DNA from: an uncultured Demequinaceae bacterium
Lineage (GTDB): Bacteria; Actinomycetota; Actinomycetes; Actinomycetales; Demequinaceae
Length of the DNA stretch: 28,598 nt
Reading direction: 5' to 3'
Assembly: GCA_964438525.1 (NCBI GenBank)
Contig: CAYTLH010000017.1
Span: 1 to 28,598 of the forward strand
Notes under the pieces: model-generated
Seen by the model: only the letters and a program-made list of their open reading frames with translations
What the model was told of the DNA's origin: nothing
Databases searched by the model: none
Part shown: in pieces, positions 8,775-16,374 of the stretch
How the letters are laid out: each line of letters starts with the position of its first letter
Numbering within the stretch: the first letter of the stretch is position 1
Position numbers and translations under genes: made by a program

Positions 8775-8808
8775 GCGAACAGTCTGACTGATGCCGGGGA
8801 GGTGTCAA
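8772..8808 (-). promoter_or_regulatory. SigA-type leaderless promoter of GH paralog 1
   Basis: Minus strand: TTGACA (8808-8803), 16 nt, CAGACT (8786-8781), 6 nt, ATG. 8772-8792 is identical to 10163-10183. Confidence 0.7.
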
Positions 8809-8842
8809 AATCCGCAGCGCCGGATGGACCCCGGGATTGCCG

Positions 8843-10165
8843 TCAATCCTCGTCCGTCTCGGCCGGCGGGAAGGACTCGGCGGAGTAGACGCTATCCATG
8901 TTCCATATCTGCCACCCGTAACCCCGAGCCTCGGCCGCGTCGATCTCGGCACGGATCTGGGAGGACGAATAGTAGTACCCCTGAAGGAGGGGACGAATGA
9001 CGGTGCCGTCGGCGACTCGGGGGGCAGCGGTGTCGAGGACGGTTCCGACGACGGTGCCCGGGTAGGCACTCGGGTTGCCCAGCCCGAAGTACCCGGACGG
9101 CCACTGGTTGGGATAGATCATGGGGACGTACACGTCCAGGGGCTCGGAGGTTTCCTCGACCTTCTGGCCGAGCCCCGCGTCACCGTTCTCCATGTTGACG
9201 ATCCCGAAGATCGAGGCGGACACCGCACACCCGTCGGGATGGAGACGGTCGGCGGCTTCCTCGAGGAATCCTTGGATGTCGGCGATCCTGGTTGCCTGGT
9301 TCGGAACTAGGCCAAGGTTGCGGGCCGTCGTGGCCGACTGCCCGTCGGGATAGCGGATGTAGTCGAACTGGATCTCGTCGAAACCGAGTTGACAGGCCTC
9401 GACCGCGAGGTCGAGGGCGTACTCCCACGCGTCCCGGTTGTGGGGATCCAGGTAGCGGCCGACGAGTTTGTGCTCTGGGTAGGCATTGACATAACTCTGG
9501 CTGATGAAGACGGGAATCCGGGTGATGGTGAATAGACCGGCGTCCTCGGCCTGCTGGATCCGCTCGACCGGGTCGTACCATACGACGACCAGTCCGGGTT
9601 TCTGGGCGGCCTCGACTTCGGTCTCGTAGAAGACCACCCCTTCCGCTCCGGCGTAGTCGTAGTCGCCCTTCGTGTCGAAGACGAAGGCATTGATGGAGGT
9701 CTCGGCCGCCAAATCCAACATCTCCTGGTACATGGCGTCGCTCTTCGCGGTTTCGGGCGAGACCCGGATGCCTCGGACGATTCGGGGCTCGAGGGCGATG
9801 TCCACCTCCTCGACCGAACCGTCGAAGGTGTACTCGGTGAGGAGGTAGCCCGGACGTGTCACGGTCACGGTCCCGAGGGGGATCCCCCCAAACTCGAAGG
9901 CTCCGGTTTCGTCGGTGAGGTAGGTCTCGCCCCCGGCGGTTACCGTCGCGTCCGCGAGGGGGAATTCGTCGATCGACACGACGCCCGAAAGGGGGAAGGA
10001 GCGTTCCGAACGCTCGATCCTTACCCCCTCGAGGGGAATCTTCGTCGTGTTCTGCGGTTCCCCCACGCCCAGGAGGGACGGCCCCATGAAGTATGCCCCG
10101 GTCGCGCCAAGGGCGAGGGACACGACACCCCCCGCGAGAAGCAGCGCGCGCCCGCCTTTACTCAT
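8843..10165 (-). CDS. Putative exported or membrane-anchored glycoside hydrolase (DUF4015-like) with an N-terminal beta-sandwich; paralog 2
   Basis: Same architecture as 7467-8774: RGIRV, SINAFVFDTKG, FTITRIPVF, YLDP, LGFDEIQFDYIRYPD, VSASIFG, LGQ, PMIYP, RPLLQ. Confidence 0.72.
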   Translation of the reverse strand: MSKGGRALLLAGGVVSLALGATGAYFMGPSLLGVGEPQNTTKIPLEGVRIERSERSFPLSGVVSIDEFPLADATVTAGGETYLTDETGAFEFGGIPLGTVTVTRPGYLLTEYTFDGSVEEVDIALEPRIVRGIRVSPETAKSDAMYQEMLDLAAETSINAFVFDTKGDYDYAGAEGVVFYETEVEAAQKPGLVVVWYDPVERIQQAEDAGLFTITRIPVFISQSYVNAYPEHKLVGRYLDPHNRDAWEYALDLAVEACQLGFDEIQFDYIRYPDGQSATTARNLGLVPNQATRIADIQGFLEEAADRLHPDGCAVSASIFGIVNMENGDAGLGQKVEETSEPLDVYVPMIYPNQWPSGYFGLGNPSAYPGTVVGTVLDTAAPRVADGTVIRPLLQGYYYSSSQIRAEIDAAEARGYGWQIWNMDSVYSAESFPPAETDED

Positions 10166-10200
10166 GCGAACAGTCTGACTGATCGAACGAGCCTGTCCAA
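10163..10200 (-). promoter_or_regulatory. SigA-type leaderless promoter of GH paralog 2
   Basis: Minus strand: TTGGAC (10200-10195), 17 nt, CAGACT (10177-10172), 6 nt, ATG. Confidence 0.68.
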
Positions 10201-10219
10201 GCGACGGGCGGAGGGATGC

Positions 10220-10921
10220 TCACGAATCGCCCCCAGCAATCGCCTCGTACGCCGCCCGGGCGGCCTCCTGCTCGGCGTGCTTCTTGGCCGTCCCCGATCC
10301 CGTACCAAGCGGCTTGTCGTTGATGACGGCGATAGCCGAGAAGTGACGGGCGTGGTCCGGCCCATCGGAAGAAACCTCGTAGCGGGGCGTACCCCACCCC
10401 CGTTCCGCGCAGACCTCCTGCAGGGAGGTCTTCCAATCCAGCCCCGCCCCCGAATCGGCCGCACGCTTCAGGCTCGGCCCGATCAGCCGAAGGATCAGGG
10501 CCCCGGCCTCGTCGAGGCCCCGACTGAGGTACACCGCCCCGATGACGGCTTCGAGGGCATCGCACAGAATCGAATCCTTCTCCGCGCCCCCCGTCGCGGT
10601 CTCCCCCTTTCCCAGAAGCAGGTAGTCGCCCAAGCCGATGTCCTTCGCGACGGCCGCGAGCGCCCGCTGGGAAACACAGGACGCGCGCATCTTCGCGAGT
10701 TCACCCTCAGGTAACTCCGGGTGGTCGAGGAACAGGCGATCTGTGACGACGAGTCCGAGGACAGAATCCCCGAGGAACTCGAGCCTCTCATTGGTGGGGA
10801 GCCCGCCGGCCTCGTATGCGAATGAGCGATGGGTCAGGGAGAGGACGAGCAATTCGGGGTCGACCTCGACCCCGAGCCGCTTCAGCAAAGCGGCCCGGTT
10901 CGGGCCGGTCGCTCGCGCCAC
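10220..10921 (-). CDS. rnc: Ribonuclease III
   Basis: THRSFAYE, NERLEFLGDSVL signature, DALEAVIG, C-terminal dsRBD (DWKTSLQE...GPDH...KKHAEQEAA). Confidence 0.97.
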   Translation of the reverse strand: MARATGPNRAALLKRLGVEVDPELLVLSLTHRSFAYEAGGLPTNERLEFLGDSVLGLVVTDRLFLDHPELPEGELAKMRASCVSQRALAAVAKDIGLGDYLLLGKGETATGGAEKDSILCDALEAVIGAVYLSRGLDEAGALILRLIGPSLKRAADSGAGLDWKTSLQEVCAERGWGTPRYEVSSDGPDHARHFSAIAVINDKPLGTGSGTAKKHAEQEAARAAYEAIAGGDS

Positions 10922-10933
10922 GCCCGGGCCCGC

Positions 10934-11128
10934 CTAACGTTCGTGCTCGGGACGCACGGCCTCCGGGTAGGTGCGGCCGTTATAGGCCCCGCACGAGGGG
11001 CAGGCGACGTGCGGAAGTTTCTCCGCCTTGCATTCGGGACACTGGGTGAGCGTCGCCGCCTGGGTCTTCCACTGCGAGCGACGCGAGCGCGTATTGCTGC
11101 GCGACGTCTTGCGCTTAGGGACAGCCAC
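10934..11128 (-). CDS. rpmF: 50S ribosomal protein L32 (zinc-ribbon form), 64 aa
   Basis: MAVPKRKTSRSNTRSRR...CPEC...PHVACPSCG. Start moved to GTG 11128, which has GAAGGAG upstream. Confidence 0.96.
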   Translation of the reverse strand: MAVPKRKTSRSNTRSRRSQWKTQAATLTQCPECKAEKLPHVACPSCGAYNGRTYPEAVRPEHER

Positions 11129-11130
11129 GG

Positions 11131-11685
11131 CTACTTCTCCTTCGTCTTGTCGGTCAAACCTTCGAGGGCGACCCACCGGGGGTCGACCACGTCATGATGA
11201 TGCTTCGGGTCATCCGCGAGCCGGGCGCCGCACTGGCCGCACAGCCCGGGACAGTCCGGGTCACACAGGGGGACGAAGGGGAGCGATGACACCACCGCGT
11301 CCCGAATCATCCCTTCGAGGTCGAGAATCTCGCCATCGAAGTCATACACGTCCTCCTGGTCATCCGAATCGCCCGCACGAGCGTCGGGGTAGACGACCAG
11401 CCCCTGAATGGGGGTGACCACGTCTTCGGCCACCTCCTCCAGGCACCGTGCGCACTCCCCCACGGCTTGGGCCGTGACGGTTCCGGTGACCCAGATGCCC
11501 TCGGTCACCGACTCCAGGCTCAACTCGAGCCCAAGGTCGGAACCGACGGGCACGCCGATGACCTCGGTGCCCAGGACCGCGGGGGCCGGGACGGTGCAGA
11601 TGTGGGGCTTGTGCGCCCCGGGCTTTCGCGCGATGTCCCGCACGGAGACCCGAAGGGACCCCTGGGGGCCACCTGCCTTCGGCAT
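11131..11685 (-). CDS. yceD: YceD/DUF177 family protein (ribosome biogenesis-associated)
   Basis: CARCL and LCDPDCPGLCGQCG motifs, DPRW; immediately upstream of rpmF; AGGAGG RBS. Confidence 0.9.
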   Translation of the reverse strand: MPKAGGPQGSLRVSVRDIARKPGAHKPHICTVPAPAVLGTEVIGVPVGSDLGLELSLESVTEGIWVTGTVTAQAVGECARCLEEVAEDVVTPIQGLVVYPDARAGDSDDQEDVYDFDGEILDLEGMIRDAVVSSLPFVPLCDPDCPGLCGQCGARLADDPKHHHDVVDPRWVALEGLTDKTKEK

Positions 11686-11752
11686 CGCCCCTCCTGCACT
11701 CTCCGGTCCTCACGGACCTCGACCCGCGCCGCTTCGGCCGGACCAGCGCACG

Positions 11753-11781
11753 AGTCTACGCGATGCCCGAACCCTCCTCAA
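11753..11781 (-). promoter_or_regulatory. SigA-type promoter for yceD-rpmF-rnc
   Basis: Minus strand: TTGAGG (11781-11776), 17 nt, TAGACT (11758-11753), in the coaD-yceD gap. Confidence 0.6.
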
Positions 11782-11806
11782 GCCATGGCCGGGCCAAAGC
11801 GAACCC

Positions 11807-12295
11807 TCAGCCGTCCTTCTCGAGGCCGTATGCCTCCCGGACGACGGCCTCGACCCCGGGTGGGACGAGGTCGGCGATGGAGCCTCCATTCTTGGCGACA
11901 TCCTTGACCAGGCTCGAGGCCACGTGCTGAAGGGCGGGATCCCCAAAGACGAAGACCGTCTCGATTCCGGTCAGGGCGCGGTTCATGAGGGCCATGGGCC
12001 GCTCGAAATCGTAATCCGCCCCACCCCGAAGCCCCTTGATGATGACCGTAGCCCCGACCCCCGAACAGAAGTCCACGAGCAAACCCTCCACGGCGGCAAC
12101 CGCGACCCCGGATAGGTCGGCGGTGGCGGCAGCAGCCAGACCCAGCCTCGTCTCCAGATCGAGCAGGGGTTCCTTTGTTACGTTGGACGCGACTCCGAGG
12201 ACGACGTGGTCGAACAGGCCTCTCGCCCGGATCGCGATGTCGAGGTGCCCCACGGTGATGGGGTCGAAGGTCCCCGGGAAGACGGCTGTCGTCAT
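11807..12295 (-). CDS. coaD: Phosphopantetheine adenylyltransferase
   Basis: AVFPGTFDPITVGHLDI, IIKGLR, ERPMALMN, SSLVKDVA; ATGA overlap with the rsmD stop. Confidence 0.97.
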   Translation of the reverse strand: MTTAVFPGTFDPITVGHLDIAIRARGLFDHVVLGVASNVTKEPLLDLETRLGLAAAATADLSGVAVAAVEGLLVDFCSGVGATVIIKGLRGGADYDFERPMALMNRALTGIETVFVFGDPALQHVASSLVKDVAKNGGSIADLVPPGVEAVVREAYGLEKDG

Positions 12296-12870
12296 GACTC
12301 GAGGGTACCGCCACCGGTTGGAGCCTCAACCCTCCCGACGTGAACGGACGTGTCGCCGTACACCCGGACGTCCTCCGGAACCATCCCCGGCGGCCAGGGC
12401 GGAGGCTTCCCTCGGGAGGGCTGCTCGAGGACGACGACGGCTCCCGGGGCGAGACGGGGAACCAAGGCCTCGAGGACTGCCGCGATCCTTGCCGGGGGCA
12501 GGTCGTATGGGGGGTCGAGAAACGCCAGGTCGAACGCCTCGCCGCCGGCGCCCAGGAAGGCCTCGACCGAGGAGTGGACGACCTCGCCCGAATCCTCGAG
12601 CCCGAGATCTCGGAGGTTCGCCTTGATGGTCCTCGCCGCGGAGGCGGCCGATTCCACGAACGTCGCCCGGACGCCCCCCCTGGACAGGGCCTCGATCCCG
12701 AGGGCCCCGGACCCGGCGAAGGCGTCCAGGACCCGTGAGCCCGCCACCCCGTCCCGGGACTCGAGCCTCGCGAAAACCGCCTCGCGGACGCGGTCGGTCG
12801 TGGGCCGCGTGCCTTTCGGGGGCACCTTGATGCGTCGGCCCCCGAGACTCCCGGAGACGATGCGGGTCAT
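12292..12870 (-). CDS. rsmD: 16S rRNA m2G966 methyltransferase
   Basis: MTRIVSGSLGGRRI, RPTTDRVREAVF, LDAFAGSGALGIEALSRG, LDPPY. Start reassigned to ATG 12870. Confidence 0.95.
   Translation of the reverse strand: MTRIVSGSLGGRRIKVPPKGTRPTTDRVREAVFARLESRDGVAGSRVLDAFAGSGALGIEALSRGGVRATFVESAASAARTIKANLRDLGLEDSGEVVHSSVEAFLGAGGEAFDLAFLDPPYDLPPARIAAVLEALVPRLAPGAVVVLEQPSRGKPPPWPPGMVPEDVRVYGDTSVHVGRVEAPTGGGTLES
12296..12329 (-). promoter_or_regulatory. Internal leaderless promoter of coaD, inside the rsmD 3' end
   Basis: Minus strand: TTGAGG (12329-12324), 16 nt, TACCCT (12307-12302), 6 nt, ATG. Confidence 0.55.
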
Positions 12871-12898
12871 GGATTCGTCACCCCTGCGCCGGGCGCCG

Positions 12899-14128
12899 TC
12901 ATCCGGAGATCCTCCGCATGACCTCGAGACAGACACGAGCGCTGTGGTATGGGCCCTTCCACGGCCCGATCTTCATGCTGCCCGGATGGTCGGGAAGCGG
13001 GTCCCCCTTCCTCGAGAGGACGGAGAACCACTCGCCGTTGACCCGATCGATGACCCGATCCTCGATGAAGGCCCAAGTCGCGAGAGCGGCATCGCGGTAC
13101 CGGGCTTCGCCCGTCAATTCGTAGGCGTTGAGCCACCCGACGACCCCTTCCGCCTGAGGCCACCAGTGCTTCTCCGGCTCGACGATCTGGGTCGGGATCG
13201 CCTCGTACAGCACGGAACCGTCGGGATCAACGCCATGATCGAGGACCGCGTCGGCTAGGGAGAGAGACACGGTGCGGGTCCGGGAGATCAGGGCCTCGTC
13301 GCCAACCGCCAAGGCGGCCTCCCACAAGAGCCAACTCGTCTCGATGTCGTGCCCGAAGGAGATATTCGACGTCCGTTGCCGCCAAGCGAGGGTGGAGAAC
13401 AGCTGACAGTGAGTCCAAGGGTGGTCCATGACGATGCGGTCGAGGAACACCCCGAGGAGGTCTTCGAGCACAGTCCGGACCCGGTCGTCTCCCGTGAGGA
13501 CCACCAGGTTGACGTAGGCCTCAAGGATGTGCAGGTTGGTGTTCATCGATTTGGGGACGTTGAGATCTCGGTCGGAGAGGGCCATGCTCTTCATCGGCGA
13601 CCAGTCCCGAGCGAGGGCCTCCAGGTATCCCCCATGGACGGAGTCCCGGGCGCGAGCCTCGATCACATCGAACAATTTCCATGCCAGGTCGAGGGGGACA
13701 GCGTCCCGGGTCGCCCGGGCCCACTCCACGAGCCCGAAAAGGGCGAATCCTTGGGCGTACACCTGCTTATGGTCCTTGAGCGGCGAACCGTCCGGGTCGA
13801 GGCTCCAATACACGCCGCCGTATTGTCGGTCCAGGCACCGCTCGGAGAGCACGCGGAAAGCTTTCTCCCCCACCGCCAGCCACCGTCCTTTCAACGCCTC
13901 GTCCTCCTCGGCCAAGGCGGCCGCGGAAAAGGTCCATAGGATTCGGGAGACGAGGACGGAGTGCCGTGGGATATCGTCGACCACACTCAAATCGTCCATG
14001 ACCGCGCCGACGAGCCAGTCCCCCTGGAAAGCCCGCTTTTCCCAAAAGGGGAGGATGTTGTCATGCAGTTCGCCGTCGGCAGCCCTGCGGAGCGCGACAA
14101 GAGAAAGCTCATGAAGAGCGTCGGCCAT
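12899..14128 (-). CDS. AGE-family epimerase, cellobiose 2-epimerase-like, 409 aa
   Basis: ILPFW, RILWTFS, KQVYAQGF, KSMNTNLHILEAY, SFGHDIETSWLL, WWPQAE, GEWF, WKGPYHSAR. Start reassigned to ATG 14128 on the leaderless pattern. Confidence 0.85.
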   Translation of the reverse strand: MADALHELSLVALRRAADGELHDNILPFWEKRAFQGDWLVGAVMDDLSVVDDIPRHSVLVSRILWTFSAAALAEEDEALKGRWLAVGEKAFRVLSERCLDRQYGGVYWSLDPDGSPLKDHKQVYAQGFALFGLVEWARATRDAVPLDLAWKLFDVIEARARDSVHGGYLEALARDWSPMKSMALSDRDLNVPKSMNTNLHILEAYVNLVVLTGDDRVRTVLEDLLGVFLDRIVMDHPWTHCQLFSTLAWRQRTSNISFGHDIETSWLLWEAALAVGDEALISRTRTVSLSLADAVLDHGVDPDGSVLYEAIPTQIVEPEKHWWPQAEGVVGWLNAYELTGEARYRDAALATWAFIEDRVIDRVNGEWFSVLSRKGDPLPDHPGSMKIGPWKGPYHSARVCLEVMRRISG

Positions 14129-14140
14129 AGAACAACGGTA
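14129..14140 (-). promoter_or_regulatory. Leaderless promoter of the epimerase
   Basis: Minus strand TACCGT-tgttct-ATG. Confidence 0.55.
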
Positions 14141-14229
14141 CTGGGCTTTCCGGCATCGTCCCCCTTGAACACCGCCCGTCCGTAGCATGATAGGGAAAGA
14201 GCAACACCCCCGAGCGAGGAGACGTCGTC

Positions 14230-15318
14230 ATGGGTCTACGATCCGGGGATCCGGAGGCCGCGCTCGACCTCGCCAACACGGCCAATCGCCTCGCCGGACT
14301 CGGCCGCCACGAAGAGGCGCTTACCCCGGCGAAGAAGGCCATCCGCGAGTACAAGCGGCTCGTCGAAGACGAGCCGGCCTACCGGGTCGAACTCGCGGGC
14401 GCCTACCACCTCCTGGCGACCCTGCTCCCCGAGGTCGAACGCCACGAGGAAGCCGTCAAGCCCGCCGAATGCGCCGTCGTACTCTGGGAGGAACTCGAGA
14501 AGGACTCCCCCAAACCCCACAGGGCCGAACTCGCCGCCTCGCTCGACGTCCTGGCGGCGGCGCTGGACAGGGTCGGGAAGACCGGCGACGCGGTGAAGAC
14601 GGCGAGGCGATGCGTCCAGGTCTACGAGGCCCTCGGCACCAAGGATCCGACATACGCGCCGGACCTCGCGAGCGCGCTCAACCACCTGGCCAACTGGCTC
14701 GAACACGACGGCGACATAGCCGAGGCCATCGAGGCGGGCCGAAGATCCGTCGCGATGTACGAGGATCTCGCCGCCTCTAGCCCGGAGGCATACCACTTCA
14801 ACCTCGGGAGCGCCCTCAACAACCTCGGGAATCACCTATCCGAGGCGGGACAGGGCAAGGAGGCCCTCGAGACCGCCCGACGCGCCGCGGACTTCTTCCT
14901 GATGGCGGCCGTGGATAACCACGAGGCCGCCCGCCTGTACTGCGCCGGCGCCCTCACGAACATCGCCAACCGCCTGCGGGACCTGGATCGGACCGAGGAG
15001 GCGATCGAGCCGGCCACCCGCAGCGTGGAGCTCTTCGAGGAATATTCGCGGGACGATCCGGTCGAATTCACCCCCTACCTCGCCATGGCGCTCAACAACC
15101 TCGCAGCCGTCCTGGGTGAACTCGAGAGGAACGAGGAGGCGCTCAAACCCGCCCAGCGAGCCGTCGACCTCTACGTCGATCTCGCCCGGGACAATCCCTC
15201 CGCCTACCGGGAGGACGTCGCGATGGCCTACGGCAACCTCGCGGTCCTCCTCGCCGACTGTGGACGAACCCAGGAGGCGATACAGGCGGTGGAGAAGGCG
15301 TCCCAGGCGCTGAAGTGA
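14230..15318 (+). CDS. Stand-alone tetratricopeptide-repeat protein, about eight 45-46 aa units
   Basis: Repeats of LAxALNNLA...L...GRxEEAL...xRAVxLYxxLAxxxP. GAGGAG RBS at 14216-14221 and a possible -10 TAGCAT at 14183-14188. Confidence 0.85.
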   Translation: MGLRSGDPEAALDLANTANRLAGLGRHEEALTPAKKAIREYKRLVEDEPAYRVELAGAYHLLATLLPEVERHEEAVKPAECAVVLWEELEKDSPKPHRAELAASLDVLAAALDRVGKTGDAVKTARRCVQVYEALGTKDPTYAPDLASALNHLANWLEHDGDIAEAIEAGRRSVAMYEDLAASSPEAYHFNLGSALNNLGNHLSEAGQGKEALETARRAADFFLMAAVDNHEAARLYCAGALTNIANRLRDLDRTEEAIEPATRSVELFEEYSRDDPVEFTPYLAMALNNLAAVLGELERNEEALKPAQRAVDLYVDLARDNPSAYREDVAMAYGNLAVLLADCGRTQEAIQAVEKASQALK

Positions 15319-15340
15319 AGAATTCGCGCCCGTCCCTCGG

Positions 15341-15358
15341 CCGGACGGTGCCGTCCGG
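15341..15358. terminator. GC-rich hairpin between the convergent TPR and APH genes, possible bidirectional terminator
   Basis: ccggacg-gtgc-cgtccgg, 7-bp stem with 4-nt loop; no U tract. Confidence 0.35.
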
Positions 15359-15365
15359 GTGCCGC

Positions 15366-16355
15366 CTATCGAGACGGATTCGAGACCTTCGCCAGGCGTC
15401 CGGCGATCGCTTCGTAGGGATGGGGCTCTCCTGAGTTGGCCGCATCCCGCCTCCCCTCCTCGAGTTCGACGAGCATCTTGGTGGCCTGGACCCGGGTGAA
15501 CCACGCCAGGCGGCCGCGGTCGATTCGCTCTCCGGAATGCCTCCCGTAACGGGACAGGAGCCTCCGGGCCTGGAAGCCTCCGATGGCGGACAGCAACGGT
15601 CGAACCAGGCGAGGAACCCGGATCGGGAGGTAGGCGAAAAGAAGCCTGCTGAAGGCGATGTCGAAGAGGGGGTCGGCGATGCGGGCCGACGTCCAGTCGA
15701 GGACCACCTCGCCGTCGGGTCCGCTGAGCACATTGAAGGGATGCAAATCCCCGTGGCAGATGGCGAGACGGGCCGTCTCGGGCCTGCTTCCTTCGAGGTC
15801 GTCGAGCGCCCCCTTGAGGTCGTCCCGTCCGAGGCCCTCCGCCCGGTCACGAAGGTTGGACAGCAGCCATCCGACGTCGTCGCGCGACGAAAGCCGATCC
15901 TGGAGCGGTCGCGGGTCCAGGGCGTGAAGGGCCACACCCAGCCGGGCGATGCGGTCGGGAAGTTGGGTCAGCGTCCGGGGCCCGGAGAGAAGGAGGGCGG
16001 GCCCGGACAGGCCCTCCAGCGGCATCGATCCGCGGACGAAGTCCATGAGCGACCAGGCTCGATCGAGTTCGTGGGTCGGGGCGGAGGACATCCGGATCCG
16101 AGGGGTTGGAAAGCCCGCCTCGGCGACGTGGGTTTGGACGGTGATTTCCCATGCCGCCGCCTCGGCGTGGGGCATGACCCGAGCCACCAGGTCCCCTTCG
16201 AGGTCGGGTACCCCCGCAATCCGGACCTTGAACACCTCGGCCCAATAGCCGCCGTGAAGCTCGTCGGGGGGAACCTCCCATTCCGCTCCGGGCCGCCCAC
16301 TGACCTTGCGTATCGACTCGAGAAGAGCGTCCGTCGTGTTCACCCGAGGAGCCAT
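15366..16355 (-). CDS. Aminoglycoside-phosphotransferase-like (APH/choline kinase fold) kinase, substrate unknown
   Basis: N-lobe GGYWAEVFKV, Brenner motif ICHGDLHPFNVL, VLDWTSA...DPLFDIA. Confidence 0.8.
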   Translation of the reverse strand: MAPRVNTTDALLESIRKVSGRPGAEWEVPPDELHGGYWAEVFKVRIAGVPDLEGDLVARVMPHAEAAAWEITVQTHVAEAGFPTPRIRMSSAPTHELDRAWSLMDFVRGSMPLEGLSGPALLLSGPRTLTQLPDRIARLGVALHALDPRPLQDRLSSRDDVGWLLSNLRDRAEGLGRDDLKGALDDLEGSRPETARLAICHGDLHPFNVLSGPDGEVVLDWTSARIADPLFDIAFSRLLFAYLPIRVPRLVRPLLSAIGGFQARRLLSRYGRHSGERIDRGRLAWFTRVQATKMLVELEEGRRDAANSGEPHPYEAIAGRLAKVSNPSR

Positions 16356-16367
16356 CGCGCCAGTATG
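16356..16367 (-). promoter_or_regulatory. Leaderless promoter of the APH-like gene
   Basis: Minus strand CATACT-ggcgcg-ATG, just after the recG stop. Confidence 0.5.
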
Positions 16368-16374
16368 CCCGACG

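Noticed and set aside
8810-8825. ATCCG-cagcgc-CGGAT hairpin between the GH paralogs
   Set aside because: Only 5 bp and no U tract; expected by chance.
6844-10220. DosR box (GGGAC-N-GTCCC type palindrome) near the regulator or GH promoters
   Set aside because: No convincing match by eye in the intergenic regions; GGGCGGTCGCCC near 6866-6877 is inside coding sequence and GC-trivial. The cydA promoter is outside the window.
12899-14128. Loss of a catalytic His in the epimerase (NTNLH vs NTHLH)
   Set aside because: The catalytic residue in characterised cellobiose 2-epimerases is the second His (LHxLE), which is present.
15366-16355. Calling the APH-fold gene an antibiotic-resistance gene
   Set aside because: Only fold-level motifs are visible; most members of this superfamily are not resistance enzymes and there is no mobile context.
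12871-16374. Prophage, IS or integrative element explaining the recG-rsmD insertion
   Set aside because: No integrase or transposase, terminal inverted repeats, target duplication or tRNA seen.
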